64,000 bases of DNA, from the NCBI GenBank assembly GCA_964389655.1, contig CAYMED010000009.1, positions 1-64,000 on the forward strand, written 5' to 3'. The notes below the pieces were generated by a model, which was not told where the DNA came from, did no database searches, and saw nothing but the letters and a program-made list of their open reading frames with translations. Source of the stretch: an uncultured Candidatus Poseidoniales archaeon (lineage in GTDB: Archaea > Thermoplasmatota > Poseidoniia > Poseidoniales > CAYMED01). A program made the position numbers and the translations under genes. Positions 54,615 through 64,000 of this stretch are shown piece after piece (positions within the stretch are counted from its first letter, which is position 1; every line of letters starts with the position of its first letter).

Positions 54615-55892
54615 ATGGGACGATTCATATTTCGGTTACCCGATATTGGCGAAGGAGTTGTAGAGGGAGAAATTGTCAGTTGGCATGTTTCTGTTGGAGA
54701 TGAAGTCACTGAAGACCAACCACTCGTGGACATGATGACTGACAAGGCTACAGTCACTATACCCTCTTCCATTAACGGGTCCGTGCTTGAAGTAGCAGGT
54801 GAGGCCGGCACGATGGTGCCAGTTGGATCAATGCTGATCATTCTTGACGCCGAAGGGCATGAGACAGATGATGATGACCTTGGAGAAAAAGAGTCTGAAC
54901 CCCTAGAAACCCCATCGATAGAGAGTGCTGACCTTGCCAAACTCATCTCGCAGGAAGATGACTCTGAGGAAAATAACTCGGCAGATCCTGAACAACCTAA
55001 GGAAGAAATCCCCGGTGCAAGTTCAAGACGGCCTCTTGCCTCGCCTGCTATAAGAAAACGGGCATCTTCAGCAGGGATTGATTTGGCCAAGGTGTCTGGA
55101 AGTGGCCCTGCAGGAAGAATTACCCATACCGATCTAGATGCGTGGAATTTAGCAGGTGCACCTGTGTCGGCTGGAGGCAAAAATCGCACAGCAAAGACCG
55201 GGATTGAGGACATTCCAGTTGTTGGCTTGCGAAGGAAAATTGCAGAACAAATGACAACCTCATACACAACAATCCCTCACTTTTCTTATTTTGAAGAAAT
55301 TGATGTTACAAATCTTGAGGAACTGCGAACTCATCTAAATTCAAACCGGCCTGAAGGGACCCCAAAACTCACCTATCTCCCACTCATCATGCAAGCTCTA
55401 GTCAAAGCACTCGCCATACGACCTGAATGCAATGCAATATACGATGACCAAGCAGGAGTCGTTCACCGACATCAAGCCATCAATCTAGGAATCGCCACCC
55501 AAACTGAACGAGGCTTATACGTTCCAGTTGTCAAGCATGTTGAAGCGAAAGACCTCTGGGAAACTGCAGCAGAAATGCTGCGCGTAACTGCTGCTGCGAA
55601 GGAAAATACAGCATCACTTGAAGAATTATCTGGATCGACATTCACAATCACAAGCCTCGGACGGATGGGAGGAATAGGTGCAACCCCAATCATCAATCAC
55701 CCAGAGGTGGGAATATTAGGCATTCACAAAGCAACTGAGATGCCCGTTGTTCGAAATGGCGGAGTTACAATCCGCCGGATCATGCGAGTTAGTTCCAGTT
55801 GGGACCACAGGGTTGTAGACGGCTTTGATGGAGCAATGTGCGTTCAAACTCTCAAAGATTTGCTTGAGCACCCTGCAACTATCTTCCTATGA
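54615..55892 (+). CDS. bkdB: Dihydrolipoamide acyltransferase E2
   Basis: Lipoyl domain MTDKA, E3-binding ASPAIRKRA..GSGPAGRI, catalytic DHRVVDG. Confidence 0.95.
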   Translation: MGRFIFRLPDIGEGVVEGEIVSWHVSVGDEVTEDQPLVDMMTDKATVTIPSSINGSVLEVAGEAGTMVPVGSMLIILDAEGHETDDDDLGEKESEPLETPSIESADLAKLISQEDDSEENNSADPEQPKEEIPGASSRRPLASPAIRKRASSAGIDLAKVSGSGPAGRITHTDLDAWNLAGAPVSAGGKNRTAKTGIEDIPVVGLRRKIAEQMTTSYTTIPHFSYFEEIDVTNLEELRTHLNSNRPEGTPKLTYLPLIMQALVKALAIRPECNAIYDDQAGVVHRHQAINLGIATQTERGLYVPVVKHVEAKDLWETAAEMLRVTAAAKENTASLEELSGSTFTITSLGRMGGIGATPIINHPEVGILGIHKATEMPVVRNGGVTIRRIMRVSSSWDHRVVDGFDGAMCVQTLKDLLEHPATIFL

Positions 55893-55901
55893 GGTGCTGC
55901 A

Positions 55902-57332
55902 GTGCTGAAACCCCGAAGGTGTAAAGTCCTCGTTATTGGGGCAGGGCCAGGAGGCTATGTTGCTGCAATTCGTGCCGGACAACTAGGGCTTGACACGGTG
56001 ATTGTAGAGGCTGAACGCACGGGAGGTACTTGCCTAATACGTGGATGTATCCCTTCAAAGGCACTTATCCATGCATCTGAACAATTTGAGCAACTTCAAG
56101 CACATGCCGAAGCAGGAGGACATATGGGTATTACTCTAGCCGGGCCCCCAATTCTGGATATGGAACGAGTGGTTGAATGGAAAGACAGCATTGTTGATCG
56201 ATTAAACAAGGGTGTCGAGATGCTGCTCAAAAAAGCAGGGGTCGAGATCATACATGGATGGGCCAAATTTGAGGACGCCAAAAAATGCGTGGTTGAGAAT
56301 TCCAAAGGAAGCAAAATTATCGAAGCCGAACATGTCATTCTTGCGACTGGATCAGTACCCACAAGCGTTCCCACCCTACCACTAGGTGGTGCCGTAATTT
56401 CGAGTAGAGAAGCCCTTGACCTTGATGCACTTCCAAAGCGTCTAATTGTGATCGGTGGGGGCTATATCGGCTTAGAGATGGGCATGGCATTTGCAAAATT
56501 GGGGTCAGAAGTAACTATACTTGAAGCGCTTGATAACATCATCTCTATTTTTGATGCTGAAATAAGACGCCCTATCATGCGCGCACTGAAAGACCAAGGA
56601 ATCGCCATACGCACAGGAGTATTTGCTACAGCAGTAGACCTGCAGCCTGACGGAAGCGCAAAAGTTCGGGTCCAACCTCGTGATCAACCGGATCTAGAAG
56701 AACTAATCCCAGCAGACAAAGTACTCGTTACTGTAGGCAGAAGGCCACGCACCCAAGGCTGGGGACTGGAAAGCATGGGATTGCAACTTAACGAAGAGGG
56801 ATTCCTACCAGTGGACAAGCAATGCAGAACCGTCATGAATAAAGTATGGGCAATTGGAGACCTTACTGGTGAGCCTATGCTAGCTCATCGGGCTAGTGCT
56901 CAGGGGGAAATGGTTGCTGAGGTCATTGCAGGAGAAAGACGAGAATTTGACCCAGTTGCAATCCCCGCAGTCGTATTTACGGATCCCGAAATAGTCAGTG
57001 TTGGTCTTACTCCTGCAGAAGCAACAAACCATGGACATACAATTGAGGTTGGGAGATTTCCATTTGCAGCAAGTGGCCGTGCACTCACAATGGATGCTGG
57101 AAAAGGGGGAGGATTTGTACGCGTCATAGCTGATGCAAATGACCACCGAATTCTTGGAATTCAAGCTGTAGGTCGGCATGTGAGTGAATTGTCTGGAGAA
57201 TTCAGCCTAGCAGTTGAAATGGGAGCATTACTAGAGGATATTGCCGGTACAATCCATGCACATCCAACTCTATCAGAGGCTTTTCACGAAAGTGTACTAG
57301 CCACGCTAGGGCACGCAATACATGTGGCCTGA
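55902..57332 (+). CDS. lpdA: Dihydrolipoyl dehydrogenase E3
   Basis: GAGPGGY, GGTCLIRGCIPSK, GGGYIGLE, HAHPTLSE. Confidence 0.96.
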   Translation: MLKPRRCKVLVIGAGPGGYVAAIRAGQLGLDTVIVEAERTGGTCLIRGCIPSKALIHASEQFEQLQAHAEAGGHMGITLAGPPILDMERVVEWKDSIVDRLNKGVEMLLKKAGVEIIHGWAKFEDAKKCVVENSKGSKIIEAEHVILATGSVPTSVPTLPLGGAVISSREALDLDALPKRLIVIGGGYIGLEMGMAFAKLGSEVTILEALDNIISIFDAEIRRPIMRALKDQGIAIRTGVFATAVDLQPDGSAKVRVQPRDQPDLEELIPADKVLVTVGRRPRTQGWGLESMGLQLNEEGFLPVDKQCRTVMNKVWAIGDLTGEPMLAHRASAQGEMVAEVIAGERREFDPVAIPAVVFTDPEIVSVGLTPAEATNHGHTIEVGRFPFAASGRALTMDAGKGGGFVRVIADANDHRILGIQAVGRHVSELSGEFSLAVEMGALLEDIAGTIHAHPTLSEAFHESVLATLGHAIHVA

Positions 57333-57352
57333 AGCGAGGAGCAGGGGAACAT

Positions 57353-58024
57353 ATGCGAATTGCTGTTGCGGGAACTTCCTCACACGCTTCAGTCGATGCA
57401 GAAATGCGCCGGTTGCAAGAAAAACGACAAAAAGATCAGATCCGAGATGTAATATTGTTACTTTCGCACCCCGAAATTGTGACAATTGGGCGAAGATCGG
57501 TGAAAGACGGAGTTGAGGTCCCAGACCAATATCGGACCATTGAGGTTGACAGGGGTGGAGGGATTACATGGCACGGGCCGGGCCAAATCGTCATTTATCC
57601 AATCATCAAGTGGGCAAGGATCGGCGAATCGGCAGTCAATGTGGTCATCCACCGCCTAGAACAATGGGCGATAAAGGCATTAGCACATGTTGGCATAGAG
57701 GCCCATCGGGATGAACGAATGCAGGGAATTTGGGTCGATGGATCAAAAATTGGGAGCATTGGATTGGCATTTATGAAATGGGTTAGTAGGCATGGCATGA
57801 CATTGAACCTCGCCACGCCACTGGGTCGTGTTGAAGGGATCACAGGTTGCGGTTTGGATGCTGGAACAACAACATCCTTGAGCGCTTTGGGATACGAAGT
57901 AGAACAAACCGAAATAATTGATGCACTTGTTTCAACTGTAGAGGCTACACTTCACAGAAAACTTGAGGCAGAACTCTGCCTTGAAGGTGAACCACCCTGG
58001 GACGTCCTAGCACCGCTCGATTGA
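57353..58024 (+). CDS. lipB: Octanoyltransferase LipB
   Basis: DRGGGITWHGPGQ, KIGSIG, HGMTLN, ITGCGL. Confidence 0.93.
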   Translation: MRIAVAGTSSHASVDAEMRRLQEKRQKDQIRDVILLLSHPEIVTIGRRSVKDGVEVPDQYRTIEVDRGGGITWHGPGQIVIYPIIKWARIGESAVNVVIHRLEQWAIKALAHVGIEAHRDERMQGIWVDGSKIGSIGLAFMKWVSRHGMTLNLATPLGRVEGITGCGLDAGTTTSLSALGYEVEQTEIIDALVSTVEATLHRKLEAELCLEGEPPWDVLAPLD

Positions 58025-58051
58025 TGAGGACTGCTCTCTCCGCCCAATTCA

Positions 58052-59215
58052 TTGCCTGAAAATTGGCCACTGGCCGGCTCACCAGATCGAGGCGTGGACC
58101 TACATGGAGTTGGTTATATTGACTGGTATATCCCAAAAATGAGGGAAAAAAGGGATCACGACCTCTCAAAATCAGGTCTACCATATGATTGGGCTCTCCA
58201 CGAAAGTGCTGATTCAAGCAAAATGCTAGCAATGGCATGGGCAGGAGAGGATCCTCGTCAGTGGATTGCTGAAAGAGAACAGGTAAGTGTTGAGCAAGTC
58301 GCTCTTGCCCAAGGCGTCACCCAAGGAATTAGTCTAGCCATACTTGCAATGATGCCTCCTGCAGATGGTAGCCAGCGCTCTTCGCGAATTGCTGTTGAAA
58401 TGCCAGCATATGGGCCTACGGTTCATGCACCGCGTTTGTTAGGTCTTGAAGCAGTCCCTTTTGATCGCATGCCGGAAGATCTGGATGGTGCAGAAGCGAT
58501 GAACGAGCCGTGGTTATTGGATCGCGGGCAGTTATCTAAAATTCTCCCCACCGTTGGAGCACTAGTCCTAACACCCGTTCTGAACCCAACCGGATGGGGA
58601 TTGACGAAAGACGACCAGGAATGGCTTGTAGCAGCATGCGCTGCCGAAAATGTTGGGATTATCAGTGATGAAGTATACCTTGATATTTCACGAGGATACG
58701 AATCATATCGACCTTTTCACCGAGAAGGGGCTCATTGTGCCTCGATCAATTCACTGACCAAGTGCTATGGACTTGGAGCACTTCGCTTTGGCTGGGTTAT
58801 TGCTAGCCCCGAACGAGCAGCAGCAGCACGACGAGCACTACAAAGCATCCAAGGAGAAATTGCGACACCTTCGATAATTCTCGCTAAATGTGCTTGGCCA
58901 CATCTAGATCGAGTACTCATAGAAGCGAGAAAGAGACATTACGAGAATACAGCCACTCTAGGCATATTACTGAAAAAACACGGGTATTCATGGACACCAC
59001 CACCAGATGCACTTTTTGGTGCGATTCGCTTACCAGATTTAGCTAATTCATTTGAGATCATGGACATGCAAGCACGAGACCTAGGAATACTTGCAGTACC
59101 AGGAGATATGTTTCATCCTAAATTGGGCAATTGGATGCGGATTTCATGGACTGCCCCCCCTGATGAATTCAAAAAATCAATCCCAAATCTAGATATTCTT
59201 CTTCAGAACCTTTGA
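58052..59215 (+). CDS. PLP-dependent aminotransferase class I/II
   Basis: NPTG, SDEVY, SLTKCYGLGALRFGW. Confidence 0.9.
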   Translation: MPENWPLAGSPDRGVDLHGVGYIDWYIPKMREKRDHDLSKSGLPYDWALHESADSSKMLAMAWAGEDPRQWIAEREQVSVEQVALAQGVTQGISLAILAMMPPADGSQRSSRIAVEMPAYGPTVHAPRLLGLEAVPFDRMPEDLDGAEAMNEPWLLDRGQLSKILPTVGALVLTPVLNPTGWGLTKDDQEWLVAACAAENVGIISDEVYLDISRGYESYRPFHREGAHCASINSLTKCYGLGALRFGWVIASPERAAAARRALQSIQGEIATPSIILAKCAWPHLDRVLIEARKRHYENTATLGILLKKHGYSWTPPPDALFGAIRLPDLANSFEIMDMQARDLGILAVPGDMFHPKLGNWMRISWTAPPDEFKKSIPNLDILLQNL

Positions 59216-59271
59216 CTTAATATTTCATATCATAATCCCAAGTGGCAACAAAAGAACGGGAGAAATGGATC

Positions 59272-59853
59272 ATGCGCGAACTGGTAGTGGTCATCTCTGG
59301 AGCATCAGGCGCCCCATATGGTATTCGGCTTCTTGAGGCCCTAGCAACTCAAAACATTACAACACGACTTATCGTTACTTCTGCTGGAAGACTAACTTTA
59401 GAGCATGAGTGCGCCGTAAACCCCGAGGCACTTGCTGAGCGATTAGGCATCAAATTAGAGGACGAAAACAATATTGGAGCGCGATCAGCGAGTGGATCTG
59501 CAAAAATAGAAGCTGTCATAATTTGTCCATGTTCGGGCACGACATTGGGTAAAATCGCGAGTGGCATCTCAGATAATTTGGCAACTCGTTCGGCCCTCGT
59601 AGCGCTCAAAGAGCGGCGAAAACTCATACTTGTCCCAAGAGAAGCACCCGTTGCAACCATTCACCTTGAACAGATGGCAAACTTAAGCAGAGATGGTGCA
59701 GTTATCCTACCTGCATCTCCTGGATTTTATGGACGTCCAAAAACCGTTTCAGAGTTAGTAGACTTTGTTGTAGCACGTATTCTAGATCATCTCAATATTG
59801 GTCACACTCTTGGATCTCGCTGGACAGGGGATGAAATCAAGACAAGTAAGTGA
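59272..59853 (+). CDS. ubiX: Flavin prenyltransferase UbiX
   Basis: SGASGAPYG, ASGS, PCSGTTL, LKERRKLILVPREAP, PASPGFY; start 59272. Confidence 0.95.
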   Translation: MRELVVVISGASGAPYGIRLLEALATQNITTRLIVTSAGRLTLEHECAVNPEALAERLGIKLEDENNIGARSASGSAKIEAVIICPCSGTTLGKIASGISDNLATRSALVALKERRKLILVPREAPVATIHLEQMANLSRDGAVILPASPGFYGRPKTVSELVDFVVARILDHLNIGHTLGSRWTGDEIKTSK

Positions 59854-59857
59854 ATAG

Positions 59858-61486
59858 TTGCACGTGATTAACATGCAAACGGAAGATTCCATCGGTGATG
59901 ATGAAGTCAATTCTGATATGTCACCTATAGGTCACGTGATCGTAGTTCAAGAAGCAGGACGCTTGAAGGCCCTGATTTCTGCGACACCTCCTGCCCTTGT
60001 TGCAATACTCATGCTGACATCAGTCATAGGAACTGCAATTCTGGTCAGAGGGCCTCTAATGAGCCTCTTTGGACCAGATGATTACATTCTTATCGGCTAT
60101 GATGACGGTCGTACGCGGGGGTTTGCAGAAGGACTTACATCAATCGGACCTCGTCTTTCAGGGAGCATTGGTGAAGAAATTGCTGTGCAAATGATTTTGG
60201 AAAATATGACTGCTGCTGGCCTACAAGAAGTTCATCAAGAAACATTTGCAGTTCCAATGTTCGCCATCATGAACGAACCTGAACTAAGTCTCTGCCGGCC
60301 CGGTGACTTTAGCCTACCCATTAATCGCTGCACAGGATCGGACTTTGGAAGAGAAATCACTGATTTCACCCATAAGATTGACTTCGTACTCCAAGGCTAC
60401 AGTGGCTCTAGGGAAATCGCATTCAATGAGCGCATACCAATCATTGATTTGGAAGATGGAAGTGATGATAATTTATGGGAAGATGCACAAAATGGAATTG
60501 GTGTGCTATCCGGTGCCACTGGTGTTGGCAGTAACACAGTCAACTTTCAGCGCGCAATCGATGAAGAATTACAAGCACTTATTTTGGTCAATACCAATGT
60601 AAACTGCGGACAAGTAGAAACAGATGATTGTGTCCCCTTTTTCAAATCAGTAGGAGTATCAGACCTTACGCTCATTCCAGATGACATCGCCTTTATGATG
60701 GTATCAAATAATACTGGCACAGAAATCTTGGATTCAGCCTCTGAAGGCGGGTTTTTGAGCATGAACATCCAAGTTGACAATGGTGGGACGAGAGAAGTAC
60801 GCGTGCCATGTGGAGTCATTCAAGGGAGCGGAGATGAACAAATCATCATTGGAGCACATCATGATACTGTCTACAATGGCCCGGGTGCAATAGATGACAC
60901 CTCAGGAACATCATCAGTTCTCGAAATAGCACATCAATTATCATCACTAACGGGTGAGTTAGGTATGCCTCAACGTACCCTCAAATTTTGTACATGGGGT
61001 GGAGAAGAAGAGGGATTGTGGGGATCACGCGCATGGGTAGAGAAACATTCCGAAGAATTACTCAGCAGTCTCCGCCTCTATATCAATTTAGACATGAACC
61101 ATGTCGACATTGACCTAGCCGCTAGAGGAAATCAGATCTCACTATTTGGAAATGACCAAAGAGACATTGACGCCATCAAAGAAATCACGGAAATGTATCA
61201 GCAAGAAAGGGCGGCCATTGCTTCAAAATACAACATCTCGATTCAGCTATTGAGTAACGATAAAAATGCAGATGGCTCCATGCCATACAACAGCGATCAT
61301 GGGCCGTTTGTCTATGACATCTCAGATGACTATAACGGACGAGCACTTGTATGCTATGGGTCTGGATCTTGGGAATATCACACATACAAAGATGACATGT
61401 CTCGCTTTAACGAAGAATCACTGGGTGTCAGTAGTGTCATTTATGGGACCTACGCCCGACATCTAGCGTGGAATGGCGGAGAGTGA
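59858..61486 (+). CDS. Membrane-anchored M28 family aminopeptidase
   Basis: N-terminal TM, GAHHD, GAIDDTSG, GEEEGLWGS, NLDM, SDHGPF, YHT; start uncertain. Confidence 0.9.
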   Translation: MHVINMQTEDSIGDDEVNSDMSPIGHVIVVQEAGRLKALISATPPALVAILMLTSVIGTAILVRGPLMSLFGPDDYILIGYDDGRTRGFAEGLTSIGPRLSGSIGEEIAVQMILENMTAAGLQEVHQETFAVPMFAIMNEPELSLCRPGDFSLPINRCTGSDFGREITDFTHKIDFVLQGYSGSREIAFNERIPIIDLEDGSDDNLWEDAQNGIGVLSGATGVGSNTVNFQRAIDEELQALILVNTNVNCGQVETDDCVPFFKSVGVSDLTLIPDDIAFMMVSNNTGTEILDSASEGGFLSMNIQVDNGGTREVRVPCGVIQGSGDEQIIIGAHHDTVYNGPGAIDDTSGTSSVLEIAHQLSSLTGELGMPQRTLKFCTWGGEEEGLWGSRAWVEKHSEELLSSLRLYINLDMNHVDIDLAARGNQISLFGNDQRDIDAIKEITEMYQQERAAIASKYNISIQLLSNDKNADGSMPYNSDHGPFVYDISDDYNGRALVCYGSGSWEYHTYKDDMSRFNEESLGVSSVIYGTYARHLAWNGGE

Positions 61487-61561
61487 AAAAGCCAAATTAC
61501 ATCCATAAAATGGCCATGATATTGTGAGCCATTATCGACCTTCACTGTTTCGGGACAAAAA

Positions 61562-62239
61562 ATGAGCAAGCATGTAGACGTACCAGTCATCGTTGAAGAT
61601 GACGGGGCAGCTCGCCCACTTGGCGCTTACACAGAACCCGCACGGGCCGAGGAAAGTTTACGTCAGTATCTGAAACACCGCAATTCAAAACGCGTCGAAA
61701 GGGCCTCAATTAGCAGATGGGAACTCGATAATGACGCTGCAGATTCGGGTCACCTTGTTGCAAACCTCAGCCGTGAAATTTGTCCACTTTGTGGGCGCTA
61801 TGAGTTTTGGTGGGACCTCGTGCAAGAACATGCAACTTGTTTAGGGACTTCATGCGGTGCGTGGTTCGGGAAAAGCAAGCACCAAGTGGATGTTCTCGAA
61901 GTAGGATGGGTTGCAGGGAAAAAGCGAAAGTCAGCAAAATCGGTTAACGGAGCGATCGCAACCCTTCGATCTTGGAGGCCCCCCGAATTAGGGGAGATTG
62001 CCCTAGTAAATGCTGAAGAAATCCTTCGCAGAAGAGCAGAATTACATGACCAACTCAGGCCAGATGAACCAGAAGAGAGTATTAGCGGCATGGATCAATC
62101 AGATATGTTGGGAGACGACAACTGGCTGGGACATGAAAAAGCGGCCCCAAAGCCACTTTCAACGACCGGGCTATCACCCCCAAATCCAATCCCAATACCA
62201 CTACCAAATCAAATGGGAAATGGCGATCAAACTACTTAG
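61562..62239 (+). CDS. Hypothetical protein with putative Zn ribbon
   Basis: CPLCG ... CLGTSCG; Pro-rich disordered C-terminus. Confidence 0.6.
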   Translation: MSKHVDVPVIVEDDGAARPLGAYTEPARAEESLRQYLKHRNSKRVERASISRWELDNDAADSGHLVANLSREICPLCGRYEFWWDLVQEHATCLGTSCGAWFGKSKHQVDVLEVGWVAGKKRKSAKSVNGAIATLRSWRPPELGEIALVNAEEILRRRAELHDQLRPDEPEESISGMDQSDMLGDDNWLGHEKAAPKPLSTTGLSPPNPIPIPLPNQMGNGDQTT

Positions 62240-62250
62240 TTAGCAGGAAC

Positions 62251-64000
62251 TCACATTGACTCGGGGAATGCAATCCCTAATCCACCACAACCACGTGCGA
62301 GGGCATGCCTAGATATTTTTATCGCCAAAAGATAACCGGCATCAACGATCCCATCAGTAACAACTGGACAATCACGGTATACAGCATTGACATCTGAGGC
62401 CAAACCAAGGAGCCAAGTTGCATAAGCCTGAGGCCGATTCTCATCGGTTGATATCCGAAGTATGCGATCATGCAAGGAAAGTCGAAAAATTAGGGAACGA
62501 AGTGATTCAGGACCGTTAATTGCGGCCGAAATGAATTTCTCAGATGCATCATCATTGAGTTCTGCTTGGATTTTAGCCACGCGGCGCTCGATTGCGCAAC
62601 AGCGCGCGTGAGCGTACATGATGAACGGCGCCGAACCCCCATCAAAATTCAGTGCCTCTGACCACTGAAAAGTGAAGCCCTTTTCTGGTGCCACTCGAAT
62701 AATGTTGAAGCGGACAGCAGAAGTCCCTACATCTTCGGCAATACGTAATTTTTCTTCAGGAGATAGATCGGGGCGATTTTTTGAGACAATTCCTGAAGCT
62801 AGTTCAACGGCCTCTTCAATTAGGTCATCCATGTATACAACTCGACCCTGGCGCGTCGACATTTTTCCATCTGGCAATTTTATGAAGGCATAAAAAACGA
62901 CCTCTGGCGCTTTTTCCCCAATTTCGCATAAGGCTTCAGCAACTTGCTTTGATTGCAAGCGATGATCCTCACCAAGCACATTTACCAATCTTCTACCTTG
63001 ACTCCATTTCCACCGGTGGTAAGCAACATCTCGAGTCGCATACAAGCTGGATCCATCCCCTCTCTGGTAGTAAAACTTTGTTGATTCGCCAGCAATACCT
63101 CTTTCTGCAAGTTCGAGATAATACGCACCGTTTGCAGCGACTCCGTGAATCGGAGAAGCACTAAGCTCCTCAACAATCATGTCGACTGAACCATCCAAGA
63201 TGAATCGTGATTCACGTGTTTTAGAGTCATAGGTAATACGCAGGCGCTTAAGCGTGTCTAGCATCCCATCCAATACTGGAGAATAGGCTGATTCAAACAA
63301 ACGAAGAACTTCCTCATCCCCCTCTTCAGATTTTCGAACAAGTTCGCCAACAGCGTCTCCAATCGAAGGATCATGTTCGCTCAATATATTTGCCGCCTGA
63401 TAATATAGAACGCGCTCGTGATCTTGCTTCCCCACCCACTTCTTAGGAGTTCCCGAGTCCCTTCCATTACCCTCAAGGACATCAGCCACATCTGTTGCAC
63501 TGAGGTGTTCCATCGCCCAAGCAAGAATCCCAACCTGTTTCCCCATATCATCAACATAATACTCAGACCGAACTTGCCTCCCTAGCAACCTGTTAAGCCG
63601 AACGAGAGTATCTCCAAGTACGGCATTTCGAGCTCTTCCAACATGGAATGGCCCATTTGGATTCGCTGAAGTATGCTCAATAAGGAGGTCGACGCCCTCC
63701 TCACTGCTATCCCTAGAATGTATCGGGGCACCCCCTACATCCTCAAAATAGGATTTGAGTAAAAACTTACTAAGCCATCCCCGATCGATGTTGAAATTCA
63801 AGAATCCGGAATCCGAATAGACTGAATCGATGGATTCGGAAATCGAAGTACCCGCGATCGAGGCACAAACTTGTTCGGCCAGCAACGAGGAGATAGCGGC
63901 AGGTGGGGAACGGACTTCACTGGCAAATGCAAAGCAGGGGAGCGACAAATCAGCAGCCTGCTTTTCACCTGCTGGCCCAAAAGTGCGCACCCATGCAGCA
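62251..64000 (-). CDS. argS: Arginine--tRNA ligase (N-terminus probably beyond window)
   Basis: EHTSANPNGPFHVGRARN, YATRD, KMSTRQG, APFIMYAHARC. Confidence 0.96.
   Translation of the reverse strand, partial: AAWVRTFGPAGEKQAADLSLPCFAFASEVRSPPAAISSLLAEQVCASIAGTSISESIDSVYSDSGFLNFNIDRGWLSKFLLKSYFEDVGGAPIHSRDSSEEGVDLLIEHTSANPNGPFHVGRARNAVLGDTLVRLNRLLGRQVRSEYYVDDMGKQVGILAWAMEHLSATDVADVLEGNGRDSGTPKKWVGKQDHERVLYYQAANILSEHDPSIGDAVGELVRKSEEGDEEVLRLFESAYSPVLDGMLDTLKRLRITYDSKTRESRFILDGSVDMIVEELSASPIHGVAANGAYYLELAERGIAGESTKFYYQRGDGSSLYATRDVAYHRWKWSQGRRLVNVLGEDHRLQSKQVAEALCEIGEKAPEVVFYAFIKLPDGKMSTRQGRVVYMDDLIEEAVELASGIVSKNRPDLSPEEKLRIAEDVGTSAVRFNIIRVAPEKGFTFQWSEALNFDGGSAPFIMYAHARCCAIERRVAKIQAELNDDASEKFISAAINGPESLRSLIFRLSLHDRILRISTDENRPQAYATWLLGLASDVNAVYRDCPVVTDGIVDAGYLLAIKISRHALARGCGGLGIAFPESM

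Overview
Gene-dense archaeal chromosomal segment, most consistent with a marine Thermoplasmatota (Marine Group II / Ca. Poseidoniales-like) genome. Archaeal markers include rpoL, RNase P Pop5, DUF2240, GGAGG/GGTGA ribosome-binding sites and apparently leaderless operon starts; the lineage call is inferred from gene content. It carries housekeeping genes (rnp2, truD, rpoL, XPD-like helicase, argS, tRNA-Leu-UAA), a propionyl/methylmalonyl-CoA cluster, a lipA-bkdA1A2B-lpdA-lipB 2-oxoacid dehydrogenase cluster and several large surface proteins (3099-aa transglutaminase/Ca-repeat/DUF4129 protein, 981-aa NEW3-like protein, RCC1 plus Cys-repeat protein). The stand-out is a 7-gene operon at ~7519-15167 encoding a non-canonical Rieske/cytochrome b6-type complex. 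Its cytochrome b6 keeps the heme-ci cysteine, and no cytochrome c/f is encoded. Subunit IV is fused, via a ~670-aa extracellular Ig-like stalk, to a predicted cytoplasmic HdrD-like (2x[4Fe-4S] + 2 CCG) module, followed by a ferredoxin. The operon abuts a convergent asnB-like/gshA pair that could supply a low-molecular-weight thiol. Elements missed by the ORF track include a SAP/EF-hand gene, a 39-aa CDGSH-like mini-protein, a probable pseudogene, an RHH operator and paired hairpins. No CRISPR array, transposase or integrase was seen. All calls come from reading motifs by eye; no database searches were run.
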